Source: Camelus ferus (taxonomy: Eukaryota). From it: a stretch of 64,000 nt of DNA. Every line of letters starts with the position of its first letter. Position 1 is the first letter of the stretch. Below the pieces are notes generated by a model that did no database searches, had not been told where the DNA came from, and saw only the letters and a list, made by a program, of their open reading frames with translations. A program made the position numbers and the translations under genes. The stretch covers positions 101,248,001 through 101,312,000 of the forward strand of contig NC_045696.1 in assembly GCF_009834535.1 (NCBI RefSeq), written 5' to 3'. Positions 13,346-27,374 of the stretch are shown here, piece by piece.

Positions 13346-15299
13346 AGGGGCCTATGTCCTCCTCTTTTTCACATTCAAGAATAGATGTAGCTTTTCAATG
13401 TGGTCACAATTTTTATTTGTTGTCAGGAAAAGTGGTGACTTCTAAGGTTTTTACATGTGGAACTAGAAATCAGAAGTCCTATCATTTTTTTAAGTTTCAA
13501 ATAAACTTTTTAGTGTTTTTATTCATTTTTTAGAGTTTCTATCTAATTTTTATGTGAAATGAAATAATTTTATAATGTTAAGTGTTTTTGAGAAAGAATT
13601 TTTTTTTTAGATTTTTGGTTTGGGAGGTTTATTTCTATTCATTCTTGGAGATACTTGCTTTTTAAAATATTTTGACTTTATTCAGCTTTTTAAAATTTCA
13701 AAATTTCTGCCAATTACATCTGTGCTGCAAATTTGTGTTCAGATAATATAATTTTTGTCAGAGATAAAAGTTTTAAAATTCATTAGTGCTAGCAAATAAA
13801 TAGGGTAAGCATAATTAAAAGAAAATAAATGACAAATTTAAGGTCTGGAAAATGGGTAGAAATATTAAAATATATGGTTAAACTTAGTACACAAAGATAA
13901 AATTCTCTCAGATGATAAAAATGAAACAAAACACTAAACACTAATGGAATAAAAATTTGTAAATATTATTTTTATACACTGATTCCTTTTATTTATATTC
14001 TGTTTTAACTACTTTGGTCCAAATGATTTTTTTTTTAAACAAATGGTGCATTTTCAAACAGCTACAGCAAAAAAATTCTGTGGAATTGTGGTTTTTCCCA
14101 TACCCAAGACTTCTTTAAAATAAAAAGCCACTTGCTTGACATCAGGAGTTAACCCGGACAGGTCTCAGGTTTATGTATTTATGACTATTTTTTTTAAAAT
14201 CAATGCAGTATTCCCTACTATACTTAGTCTTAGCTGCTAGAAAGCAGGAATCTTAACTGCTTTTGTCACCATTATATATACTGGACCCTAAAACTGTTTT
14301 ACATATGGTGTGGGGTTAATATATATTATCAAGTGAATGAACACTACACATTGATGACAGCTTCCTTCTTATTTATGTAAGAGCTTTAAAAAAAAGTCTC
14401 ATTCAGTTCACATCTGCTTTCTGTAGAATACTGCTGCTTTCAGATTTGGGAGAAGAGAGACAGAGAGAGATGGTAAAAGGAAATTATCTCAGGAGGATGT
14501 CTCCTTCCTGTTGATGAAAAGATTTAATAAGGTTCAAAGGAGCTCCACACAACATCATCTAAAGGTACATCTGCTCTTTTTCCTTGCACAAAAGAGGACA
14601 TTCCAAAGCAGCCAGCGTGTGTATAAATGCACATGTCCTACAGCTAATTCTATACTGTTTGTAAAGTTACAATCAAGAGGGAGGTGCAAGCCAACAAAAT
14701 GATTTGAAGACTTTATTCCAAGTGTGGGACTTTTTTTATGAGGTGCCATGGTCTCCATGGAGAAAACTGATAATAAGGGACATAGACACACTTTTCTAAG
14801 CATAAATATTACATAAAACTCCACACTTGAAATATTAGTTTGAGTTGAATATGTTCATCTTAGCCCAATATAGAAATAGAGGTGAAGTTAATTGTTTCAA
14901 GCATTTTTCCCCTAAAATTCATCCAAGTAAGATAATCATTTGGGGAAATCATGTAATAAAAAAAAAATCCCTGTGCTAGTTTTCTATTTCATTCATTATA
15001 ATCAGAAATTAATTTGGTATTTTGGAAAATTTTTAGGCAAATACCCAACCTTTTTAATGATGTAATCTACTCAGAATAAGAAAATGCACTTTTCTCTTAC
15101 AGAATGTATCATAGATATAATCACTCATTGATACAAAGGATGCCTTAGTGGCTAATTGCTTGAACTCTTCATGTTAAAGGATTTGAATAAGCATATATTT
15201 ATGAAAGGATTACGATGTAAAGAATACAATGCTTCTGGGGAATAAATTCGAATTTATGATCTGTTAGCAAGTTTATCCCAGCAGAATTGACATCAGCAC

Positions 15300-16160
15300 T
15301 CTGAAGTCCCACAGTCACTCCAAATTTAACATGTCCAGTGCTAAACTCATTTTTGTTTTCTCTCTCTCCATCTGTATTCTCATTTCTACTATCTATATCT
15401 CAAGGAATGGCAACACCAATCACCCAGTCTCCCAAGCCAGGAATATGAAAAAGACTTTTTATCATTCTTCTCTTTAAACCTGCACAGTAAATCTCTCAAA
15501 GCCATCAGTTCATTCTTCCTCCTTCCTCTCTCTCAAATGTACCCACCTCTCTCCAGTCCTTCAGATGACACCTATGTTTCAATATTCATCATTTTTCTCT
15601 GAAATTTTGTTAACAGCCTCATTATCTGCTTCCCTAATTTCAGTCATAGTACTTTCTCCCTGATTCCTCCACAGTACCTAAAGAGATCTTTTTAAAATGT
15701 GAATTACAAATGACTTTCCTATTTAAAAATTCACTAATCTCTATGGCTTGCAGAATTAAGCCAAGCTCTTTCTCATAACACTGTGGTTTCATACGTGACC
15801 TTTTTAAATCACTAGTTTTATCATTTCCCTCAAATTCCCAATTTCAGCCCCTTGTCCCTTGAACCGAAGCACAGCTGTTTCTCATCCTAGATTAGCCTCC
15901 TTCTATCTGAAAATTTGGCAATTTCAACTTTCCTGAAGGAATCAACTGAATCACTTCCTCTGGATCATTTTCTCTAACTTCCTTCCTTAAAAAATTCCAG
16001 CTTATCTGTATTGCTACCTATGCTTTAATTATAATCAAAGATTAATTAAAGATTAATTATCTTTTTAAAAAAAACTTGTATACTACTCTTAAGCTCCTCA
16101 GAGGCAGGTAGAGAATATGCATCTCTTTATATCTCATTAATCTTACATGAAGCCTGATAC
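15300..16160 (+). mobile_element. L2 LINE 3' remnant
   Basis: caaatttaacatgtcc...aatggcaacaccaatcacccagtctcccaagccag...aagctcctcagaggcagg are diagnostic L2 motifs. Confidence 0.7.
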
Positions 16161-18329
16161 ATTCATTTATTAATTTAATGACACTGAATATTTTTTCACT
16201 CTGAAGAAAACTAGGGGACAGCTCCTCTCAAGCCACACACAAATATTCTGATGATTCAAAATTTAATAGAGGTTAAAAGCAGTCCATCCCTTTCATCATA
16301 ATTTGATATCTATAACCATGGCTACTTGATTCTTTAAAAATTCATCTCATTGGACCATAAAAAACCTTTTACTTAATATACTTTATGAAAATGAGTTATT
16401 ACTGATGCAGAATAAATATGTATTTCCAGAGTATACTTGATTGGGAAAAAACAAAATTTATATGAATAAAGTCATTCTCTGTTGTTTTTACAAATGCCAA
16501 CTCTTTAGATATACAAACCTTCCTATTAAATACATGTATAAATATGACCATAATTTTTGCAAAATGCTTTAATTTTCAACAAGCCCAAGAATTTACAGCA
16601 TTTGTTAGGTCCTCACATATGAAACACACAAATTTTTACTTTGTTCTTTTGAGAACTAAAAATTTTCATTATCTGCCAAAGTTTCCTTTCATGAAATATT
16701 ACTCCTCAGTTTTGAAATTTTAAACTTTCTCTATGAGAACTTTAAAAAAATAGCATTTTTTATGTCTGTCAACATAATAGTTTCTTCTAGCTATCCTTAT
16801 CTAAGCAAAGAAAGATTTTGTTTGTTAAAACAATTAATATTTTCTAAGTTGTCTAATAGATACATGTATATTTATATTCTGCTTTATATTAGGGGAGGGA
16901 GTAGTAGAAAAATGAAATGTCATTTTTTTCTATCTGTATTACGCACCAGATATTTTACTATCTCATTTGTCATAAATGCTTAGGAAATTGTAGTTATCAT
17001 TTTTATATTAAATAATAAGAAAATCGTATTCCAGTGACTTGTTGGAAGGAAGCATTACTACTATCAGGTAAGTGAAGCAAATTCTACTGACAAAAATTTA
17101 ACAAATAGCACCAAGATTGTAAAGTATTAATTTATAGATATTTATTGAGAATAGTCATTAAAAAGCAAAATATGTCTTTATATGTCCAAGCATCTGTATA
17201 GAACACTGTCATATAAAGGTTTACCCCATGTGGTGCCAATTCTCCGTATGGAGAATCATTCTGCCAAAAAACAGCCAATCAGGTAACATTTCTATTTCTA
17301 TCCTGGTCAAAAGATGTATTGCTCAAAGTGTTTCTATTTATCCCTTATCACCTCACTCTTTGTTCTCTCATCATCCTTTTCATTTTTACAACCTTGTGCT
17401 GACAAGTTTATGTTATTTTTCAAGTTATTTCTTTCGTGTAATTCTTAACAGACTATTTTGTTTTTAGTCAAGAGGTTTGTAGAAAGTTTTCTTGCTGCAG
17501 ACAGTTGAACCAGGTACCTTTTCACCTATCTCAGTTAACATGATAGTTGCACTATATCCTGTGCAATAATGGGAGCCCACTACCAAATGGGTATCATTTT
17601 CTCTTATTCAGAGGGAGAAAACTGAAAGTCAAAATTGTCTCTACTGTTCTATAACAACTGTATAACAATTAATACAGGTTCTGTAGCATTCAGAAATGTT
17701 CTGTACTAGATTTCTATGAAAAATACTTCAATAGTCAAAGTGACAGTCAAATGTATAAACTTTATATAAAATGCGTATGCCTGTAAAGACATTTGGTATT
17801 GTTTTGAACAAAGTAGCCAAAGTCAGTATTAATTGGTATTACTCTTTGGTCATCTAGGTCCATAAAATAAGAAAATTAAGAAACAATGGTAAGATATGAA
17901 ACCTAATTTTAAGGTGAATTTATAATACTTTCACATTAAAGAGCTTTCCAAAATGATGAATAAAAGTATTTGACTTACAATAAAATAAAATGAAACTATC
18001 ATAAATATTTCTCTTCTGAAACATATTTCTTACAAAGGCTGTGTTCCCTAGCATCACTTTACATAAATTACAATAAACATTTCTTCAATCTTTGTCAAAA
18101 TGCCCAAGTTGGTCGGGGTGATTTGTTGTGATAACAAAGCATAATTGTAAAATTCTCTAGTATAATTAGAAATAAGTATAAAATAATATTGCCAAAAATA
18201 AAATTAAATGTCCATGATAGGCACAAAACCTGTTAGCCACAATTCCAAAATACATTTTTTCAAACAAACATACGTTTGTGAATTGCAGCAAACTGATCTG
18301 GAGTCAAAGCCTGGCCTTCCCACCAAAAA

Positions 18330-18848
18330 GCCAGAAGACACAGGAAAAACATTTGACTAAATCCACATCTATTCCTGACTAAAATTCTCAGAAAATGAGG
18401 AAAAGAAGGGAATTCCCTCAAACCTGGTAATAGGCCTCTATGAGAAACCGATAGCTAACATTGTAGTTAATTGTCTTGCTAAAATCATAAACAAGGATGT
18501 CCATTATCACCACTTATATTCAATGGTGTATTGGAGCTTATAGTCATTGCAATCAGGAAAGAAAAAGAAGTCAAATACATAGTTTGTAAAGGAGTAAGTA
18601 TTCATTCATAGTGACATAATTATTTAGGGAACCCAATGGAATCTATTTTTAAAAACCTACCAAATACAGTAAGTATATTTAAAAATGTATAAGGATGCAA
18701 TATCAATATATAAAATCAGTCTGGTTTATATACACTATATTCAAATGATAAGAAATTAAATGAAAGCAACAAAAACATTCAAAACAGCATCACAAATATG
18801 AAATCATTAGTGATAAAGCTAGAAAAATATGTACAAGACTTGTACACT
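18330..18848 (+). mobile_element. Old L1 ORF2 (reverse transcriptase domain) fragment
   Basis: Degenerate coding for EKAFDKI...[13 protein letters not shown]...AIR.EKE (caaggatgtccattatcaccacttatattcaatggtgtattggag...gcaatcaggaaagaaaaagaa); frameshifted. Confidence 0.85.
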
Positions 18849-19229
18849 TAGTCCACGGTGTTGTTAACTTTGTTTTTCAGAGATGCTACCCCTCCCTTAC
18901 AGGATTTTCCTTACAAGGTACTTAACCTTTTCATGACTCTGTAAATTAGGGGTAAAACCTCATTTTATAACTGATATGTTAGGGCTGTTATGCTGATTCA
19001 ATGAATTAAGACCAGAATGCCCTTATAACAGTATCTGATACTTAATAAGCATCCCAACTATTTTATTTGTATTTGAGAAATTTGGGTTAAAGGGAGATAA
19101 GAGCACATGATCAATTTTCCAGAAGACACATACTTGTTTCTGCAGCCACTGTACTCTTTCTCTACCTACAACCCTCACTCTCACAAAGGTAAAAATGAAA
19201 ATACAATTAATACTTCAAGTCCCTTTGAA

Positions 19230-19880
19230 TTGACCTGTTTGTGACTTCTGTCTTCATTGACCAATTCTTCCTTCCATCCTCCAGCACATTTATTACATCA
19301 CAATGTTCTAGCAGTCTAAATCCACTTCCATTCCTTTTCATCCTCTTTTTAATTCCTTTAATCAGTGCTCTCTAAGGTGAAGTTCTCCAAAGCTCTATCC
19401 TTGGTCCTCTCCTTTTTTCTTCTCTTCTCATATTTCATACTCTTCTGTTATGGTCTGTTTGACACATCATGCATTAAATTTCTGCTATGTGGTGATGAAA
19501 GGAAAAATATTCTCTTTTGAGCTACAAACTCATACTTTCATCATCCCATTGGATATCTTTACCTGAAATCTATTTATTTCTCACCCCATATGACTCAACC
19601 AAAAATGCCTTTAACAAAATTGACCACTCTCTCCCTTGTTGATGCTCAATCTTCTGGCCTAAGTGATGAGGTAATTCTTGATAGAGGAGTTGGTGCTTGA
19701 GCTCACTCTTAAAACATTATAAGTGAGTTGGGTGGAAAGAAAGAAGTAGGAAAATATTTGCTTAATAAGCAAAGTAAGAAAAGTTACAGATATCTGAATT
19801 ATAGCCTGGAATGTTCAGAAAACTGCAAGAAGATTGTGTGACTGGAGTGTCATAGGAAAGATGGAGTAAGAAGAAAGAGA
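19230..19880. mobile_element. L2 fragments (probably both orientations)
   Basis: ctctatccttggtcctctcctttt...cccattggatatctttacctg (plus-like), then a purine-rich reversed L2-like stretch. Confidence 0.45.
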
Positions 19881-22496
19881 ATTATGTTGATTTAAATCCA
19901 TTAAATGATTGTTATATACAACTTGCAGCTCTGAAGAAAAAATGCTTGCGTTATAATGTTAAAAAAAAAAAAGAAGCAAGGCACAAATGTGTAAGTGTAT
20001 TGTAATATCAGTTGTAATGCCAAGCATTTTAAAAAACAATTGCATGGAGAAATCCTTTCCTGTGGAGAAACTAAACCAAAATGTTTATAGTGTTTAAAAG
20101 GGTAAAATTATAATTTTTTCTTTTTTTTACATTTTTCTGGCCTTCTATTTTTTCCCAATGTACATTAACATGAGGGATTTAAAAAAGAATGAAACAAGTT
20201 TTTTAGAAGTTCAAATCTTCTAACAGTCTTTTTAAAAAATCTATTTAATCTTGTAATTTTCTAAACTATTTCTTTAATTGTTTCTCTAATTTAATCAAGA
20301 CAATTCCTATACCATTCTCTCAACACGCAACTCTCAATTTTGTCGTTATTCTTTTGTTTATACCGTATATCCAATTGGGATCCTTCCCCATGCTTCTGAA
20401 AATGTCATACAATGTTAACAATTGGCAGCTGCACCAGCAGTGAAAGGAATTAATATTTACCATTTATTAATTACTTAGTCAGATTCAAGCATGATGCTAA
20501 ACCCTGTAAGATAAATTTGATTAAATCTCAAAATAATGTGAGGTGAGTATGATTATTTAAAGTACAGTTCAAAACACATGTTTTCTCTGACTCACTCTAT
20601 CTCAGATTTTCCTTTTCTTAATAGTTTGCATTAAAATCACACTCAAAATACAGTTTGCCCTACTTGTAAGTGTAATTGCTTGAAATAGTGTAAGTTTCAC
20701 ATGGTCAAGCATGAAGTTAGTAATCCCTTCCTTTCTTCTTCCCTTTTTTTCTTCCCTCATTTCTCACTTGCTCACTCTTCTATCTCTTTTTCCATGATAT
20801 ATTCCACTTTAGGCATGCTTATTAATATGAATTATTAAATTAAAACATTAAGGAAATACTGTCTAATGCTCAATTATAAGTTTGAGACACAAAATAATTG
20901 TATGTAGAATGGCACAGAAATGTAGCAAGTGTATGTTGCAGATGGTATTTGTTTAGACTGTAAATAACACATGATCACTAAAATCATATACTGCATTGAA
21001 TTAATAGATTTTATTTTTTTTTAAATAAGCCTTATAGATAATAAGGTAGAGAAGTTGCATTTGGACTCTATGATTGCATTCACATGAAGTTATATTTAAG
21101 TGTATGGGAACAACTGGATTTCAGGATAACATTTTCAAATTTCATTTGAATACTAAAAATGATTGAAATTATTTTAGTGAAACACAGTTATGAATAATGT
21201 TTGGTTTCAATTCTATTTCAGACTTGACCCTTTGTGAGAAAATAATGGAATCAGCAAATGAGAAACAGCTGTTAGAAGTCTACCAACCAATACTAGTTTG
21301 TAGATACTAAATTGTTATGAGTTCAGCTATAAACATTGAATCATGGCTTTAAGTAGAAGGGAAAAATAATTAAAGTGAGTCAAAATCTTGATGACTCCAC
21401 AACATGAAAGAGGAATACATTATTCAGAAAACATTAATGAAATATTTAACGACACTAGGGAATTATAAGAAAAAAGTTAATTATAAAAATGAGAATCTTG
21501 TGTGCATAGCTTTTTCAATCAAAATATCCAAATACATACTTAACTTTCAGTTAGAAACACTTAAATTGAAAGAAAGCACATAACATTGATGTCTAGAAAT
21601 AAATGTAGTAAAGTAGGAATTTTATGTCTTGAAAGATGGGTTGCCTGTATAAAGCATTTTAGTGAGATGGACTGGAAAAAGAAGTATTCTGGACTTAAAC
21701 TATTGAACTTTAATGATATAAAGTTGGTTTTTATTGCACTTCTGGTCTAGGATTATTCTTGTGTTTTATTAGTTTGTTATAGTGTAAAAAGAAATTAAGA
21801 CTCATTTCAGCTTATAAGCAAAGCATAATTTATAATCATCTATTCTCAGAAATATGGTTAAAGTTCATAAATGAATAGCTTTCCTTTCAGATATAGTCTT
21901 GTTCTTTGTTCCAATCTAGGTATATCACCGCATTGACTCCTCAGATGAGAGAATTAAAACTTGGGAGCTCTCTAGAAAAATAAGACTTCATATGTGTAAG
22001 TAGTGAATGACCTGCCTGTGGAGATCTGCTTGTGTTCAATGCTATCATCACAAATGATTACAGACCTCCAGAGAAGAGTGTTTTAGTGTTGCTTTTGACA
22101 TATTTGAAAAAAAGAGCAATATTCACAGCTATTTCTTCAAAATAAAGCACAGTGTTTGCAGCCAGAAACAAAACAAAACAAAAACAAAAAAGACTTGGAA
22201 GCAAATAACATCCGGCACCATTTTGATTGTGGCCAATGTGTGAAGGAGTTGTGTGAGAATTGAGGCGTTTATATGTTATAAACTGAGAATGAGTATACAG
22301 ATTTTCTGAGGTATATATGGACAGCTGACATTTGTTATGATCCTCAAAAGGCACATTTTTTTTAATCTGTCTTCAATTGCTCTCCATGGAAAGCTTCTGT
22401 AACATCATAGTTCCTATTAATCCTTAAAATAATTTAAAACATAAATTAAAATGCCTACAGAGATAGTTTTATACTTAGAAATTAATCTTGGCTGGG

Positions 22497-22650
22497 GTGT
22501 GGACAAAATGGCAGAGTAGGAAGACCCTGAGCTCCCCTCCTTCCACGGGAAGTTGTAAGTAAAATTACAACTATTTACTGAGCAACTATCACTGATAATG
22601 CACTGAAGACTAGCAGAGAAGATTTTTCAAAACTGAAGGCATAAAGAAGA
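22497..22650 (+). mobile_element. Isolated L1 5' UTR start fragment
   Basis: caaaatggcagagtaggaagaccctgagctcccctcc...aaaattacaactatttactgagcaactatc...ctgaagactagcag matches the recalled 5' terminus of laurasiatherian L1. Confidence 0.7.
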
Positions 22651-23314
22651 AATATACGGCTATTACCCACTTCCAAAGTTTAATACATTGTGTTTTGAAA
22701 TTTAAGGGACTTTTTTCTACTTTCAAATTTTGATTTTGGGATAAAACTTGTAAAAGATGCTTTTATGGATGCTCAAACCAGTCCATTCAGAAAGATTTCC
22801 TGGAAAATTTTTGATGTGATCATAATTGATGTTGCATGAGTTCCCAGGAAACCAACTTCCTTTTTTTCTAAAACGATCTAATAAAACATGTGATAGTACA
22901 CGCTAAGCTGGCACTGTGCTTCTGCATATAAGCAACAGCCCCACTTTGTTTTCTGGAGATGTTCTCATTTGTGTGTCTTTACCCGTCTGGCATTTTAAAA
23001 ACATTGTTTCTAATTTCTCCATATGAGACCACAATAATGACAGAAATAATGTTAAAAGACAAGAGGAGATTGTCTCTATTAAGAGATTTCAAGGAATGTG
23101 ACACAGTGCTCTTCATCTTGTGTGAGAGACCAGCCTAAACCCAACATGACTAACCACAAATCTCTTCCTGTTACTGCATAGATTGGAGCCTTATTAGAAA
23201 ATAAAGGTTCTGACAGCAGATATTTACATATCAATGGTCTCTCACAGTGACTCTCAAAGAGGTTTTTCTGGCAGCAATTTTTTATTCAAGTTAATGGCGA
23301 AACTTAAAAGTTAA

Positions 23315-23850
23315 TGGTGACAGTGAATAAATTACCACAAATTTAGTGTTTTAAAGAAGTTCTTATCTTACAGTTCTGTATCTACAAGCCTGACACAGGT
23401 CTCACTAGCTAAAAATCAAGGTGCTGTCAGGGCTGGAGATTTTAGGGGAGAATCTGTTTCCTTGCTCATTCAGATTGTTGGCAGAATTCAGTTCTATACA
23501 GTTATCATACTTGGTTTTAGAGGTCCCAGCTTTTAGAGGTCACCTGTATCCTTGGCTTGTGACTCTCTTCATCTTAAAAGCCAGCAAATGTGGGTCAAGT
23601 TTCTCCCATGCTTCAAATCTCTCTTCTATCTCATCTCTCTGCCCTGACTCTTTTGACTCTTTCTTTTGCTTTTAACAGCCCATGTAATTAGAGCAGACCC
23701 ACCAGAAGATTCCATGATAATCACCCCATCCTGAGGTTTGCAACCTTAACTATATCTGCCAAGTCCCCTTTGCCATGTAAAGTAACACACTCCCAGATTC
23801 CAGGGATTAGAAAATGAGTATCTCTGGCCGACCATAATTCTGCCAACAAC
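23315..23850 (-). mobile_element. MaLR LTR (MLT1D/E-like)
   Basis: aattaccacaaatttagtg...ttacagttctg...ggagaatctgtttccttgc...gccatgtaaagtaacac...ccagggattag...attctgccaacaaca. Confidence 0.85.
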
Positions 23851-23854
23851 AGTA

Positions 23855-24070
23855 ATAATAATAGTAAACATAATAGTACACACAAATGCTCTTTAAGTGT
23901 TTTATATATATGAACTGATTTAAATCTTACAGCAACTCTATGAGGAAGATATTATTATCTCCATTTTACAGATGAGGAAAATGAGGCAGAAAGACAATGC
24001 AACTTGCTAAAAGTCACTCAGGTAGAAGTTAAATAACCTTCCTACAGTCGTAAATCTGGAATCCAAATCT
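23855..24070 (-). mobile_element. MIR SINE
   Basis: ctctatgagg...tattattatctccattttacagatgaggaaaatgaggcaga, near-consensus MIR core. Confidence 0.85.
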
Positions 24071-26258
24071 GTCTATATGAATACACAAACAGGCAGATCA
24101 GGATTTTTTGTTTGTTTTTTCCATGCTCTGCTTTACAGGTAGTCAAGTCATAGCTTTGAGCAGAAACAATTAAGGTAAGCAGGTTTAAAGTACTTCTCTA
24201 ATATCCATCCTAGAATCCTGCCTGAAATCAATATGGGACTTACAAGCTGACAATTTGTAAATATATTCTGTCTCCATTTTAAAAAGAAAAAAGACTGGAT
24301 TTTTTCTACATCAAATTTCCAGGCTAATTCACCAGCTCCATTATTTCCTAAAAAGCACCATGCTACCGCAGTTTGAAGCTCTTTCCAAATCGAGATATTT
24401 AATAATGTAGGAGTCTGAATGAGTACGGAGATTCAAACATATTTTCAACAACTAGACATCTAGTTGTAGAAGCCTCCTAGTAAAGTGGTCATTCTTTTTA
24501 ATGGGCTATGACAACATACAAAAACAAAACAAAAGAAAAACGCTGGTGGAACAACTCAACATTTGCTGGAATTTTGCAGTTAGAGTGTATGTGTGTGCAT
24601 TTGGGGATGCGTGTGTGTGTATATTATTAATCCAGTAGAGAATTATGACTGGCCATATTTCAGGGAAAAACTTAAGTAGTACAGTCATTGTTAAAACACA
24701 TAAAAAGTATTTTCTTCTATTTCACTGGGAAAAAAAGGGCTTTGAAAATAAATCCTGAAATATAGGGCTGTCACCATTAACCTCGAAGTACAGACATTGT
24801 TCTATGTGTGTTCTATATGTATTAGCAAATAAATATTATAACCACATAGACATATTTAAATAAATGGTTAAAACACAAACCAGTGAAACCCAGTAGTTTC
24901 AAGGTTAGTGGTGACACATTCCACCTCTAGCTTCTGTCACTACAGTAAGAAAAACATGCCCTAAGATATTTCAACTGTTTACCTGTAAATTGCAATAAAA
25001 ACTCCATTACTTAGAATAGACTACAGCCTTATGAAAATCAATGAAGTCAATATGACTTTAAAAATAATCTTGTTTGTAAATCCACTTACATTACAGTATA
25101 TTAAACCTATATTCTCAGTGGTATATAACTAGATTTTAGTTATTATGTTACCAACAGAATAAAGTAAATAGTTTACAGATGAACATATTTGCAACCATGA
25201 AATACTTCATTATTTTCTTAGCTAAAAATAATGACTATTTCTTGATCCCCTTCTTTTTTCATTTATACTGGAAACATCAGCAGCAACAAGCATCAGTCCT
25301 CAACAAGTAAAGAATAAGAAGTGTAGCAAAGAGGTTGGTTAAAGAAGGAAGAGAAGAAAGAAGGAACATAAATCACAAATATTTTGTACTTTAAGAACGG
25401 CAGATTGGACATCTTGTCAGCAAATATAAGTCTCAATTTCTTTTAAATGTAATACCTTCCATTCTGTTTTTCAAAAGGGAATAAAACCATATATTATCAA
25501 CTAATGTTAAAGTCTATGCCTAAGGAGCTCTCTTTCCAAGGGCTTAGAAAAATAATTTAAATGTTAGGGTGATAGATCTACAAGAAATAATTCGTTTATT
25601 TTAAAACTATTTCACCATGAACCACTTTAAGGTCTGTAAACATCAGAATCATATTTCTATGAACAACAATGCTCTTTGTTTCTATTACACTTACTAAGAC
25701 TATTCTAGACATCTCTTCTTTATACTACTACTTCAAAAGTCTGCTGCTTGTAATTAAGATTTTTTTTTAATTTGGTCATTACTGTCTAAAATAAACAGAA
25801 GATACTTCGTAATTCTGTATGCAAAAAAAGAAAAATGGAGTGTATTAGATTTCCTGACTGTACACTGTGGTAGTATATTGGCCAGAATTCGCAAAAGAAA
25901 AATATAAACCTTCTGATATTTTCTTTTTTCCCCTTTCTTAAATCTTATGTGCTACCAGTATGAGCATCACTGAATTGAAAGGTCAAGTTATTAGCAAAAG
26001 CTGATCTCTGTTAATGTTACTTTGTCTCCAAAGAAAACTAAAATGACTCCTGGTGACACTCTAAGCAGGATATGCTCATCCCAGAGAGCTAAGAAACTGA
26101 AATTAAAAGGTCAGAACGTCTTTGGGGATGCTGAAAACGCACTGTGGTATAAGAGGTAATCATCTACTCAGGCTGAGGTCTGTCTATAAACAGAGTTCTC
26201 TAAAGGTAAGGCTAATTCATCAGAATTAAAATCAGAAAGAATCAAAAAGGACCTTTTA

Positions 26259-27003
26259 GAACCCTCCTACACTGCTGGTGGGAACGTAGTTTGGTGCAGC
26301 CATCATGAAAAACAGTATGGAGAGTCATTTAAAAAACTAAAAATACTTACCTGATGATCCAGCAATCCCACTCCTGGGCATATATCTAAATAAAACGATA
26401 ACTTGAAAAGATACACGCACCCCAATGTTCATAGTAACATTATTTACAATAGCCAAGACATGGAAACAACATAAATGTCCATCTACAGATGAACAGATAA
26501 AGATGTAGGGTGTGTGTGTGTGTTAATATATATATAATGTAATATTACTCAGCCATATAAAAGAATGAAATAATGTAATTTGCAGCAACGTGGATAGACC
26601 GAGAGATTATCACATTAAGTGAAGTCAGAGAAAGACAAATATTGTATGATATCACTTATATGTGGAATCTAAAACAAAAAATACAAATTTCATTTACAAA
26701 CCAAAAGTAGACTCACAGACATAGAAAACAAACTATGATTACCAAAATGGAAAGGGCAGGGGAGGGATAAATTAGAAGTTTGGGATTAACAGTTACACAT
26801 TACTACATATGAAATAGATAAATAACTAGGACCTACCATATAGCACAGGGAACTATATGCAATTTCTTATAACATAATGGAAAAGAATCTGAAAATATAC
26901 ACACACACACACACACATATATATACACATAGCCGAATCACTTTCCTGTATGCCTGAAACTAACATTGTAAATCAACTACACTTCAGTAATAAACTTTTT
27001 TTA
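26259..27003 (+). mobile_element. 5'-truncated cetartiodactyl-type L1 with 15-bp TSD
   Basis: ORF2 end (gatccagcaatcccactcctgggcatatatc) plus 3' UTR (gggagggataaattagaagtttgggattaac...tatagcacagggaactat); perfect TSD aaaaaggacctttta at 26244-26258 and 27004-27018. Confidence 0.92.
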
Positions 27004-27049
27004 AAAAAGGACCTTTTAAAAAGTACTTCATATCCTGGGTACTAGTTAT

Positions 27050-27190
27050 AAGAATATACATTTGAGATTCAAGACAAAAGGGCCAATCCTCATTCTGTCC
27101 CTGAATTGGTGTATGACCATGGACAATCTGCATTATTTCTAGGCCTCAGTTTTTTATCTAAAATGGAGGTTTGGGATCACTGAGTGAGTA
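27050..27190 (+). mobile_element. MIR SINE
   Basis: gtgtatgaccatggacaa...ggcctcagttttttatctaaaatgg. Confidence 0.6.
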
Positions 27191-27374
27191 AACAGAGACA
27201 CTTCTACCATTTATCCTTAGTTTCTAAAATGTAGAATTTAGATGGATTACTCATGCAGAGTGTAATTTGTACAGAAACCTCAGAGTAACTAACTGATCTC
27301 TAAGATTCTTTCCAGTTTTCACGTTATGATGTTAATCATATTGTCTTCCCAATTCATATTTTCTGATTATTTTA

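Noticed and set aside
12510..13384. Several 60-117 aa ORFs
   Set aside because: All lie within a decayed L1; one is an ORF2 remnant and the rest are antisense frames.
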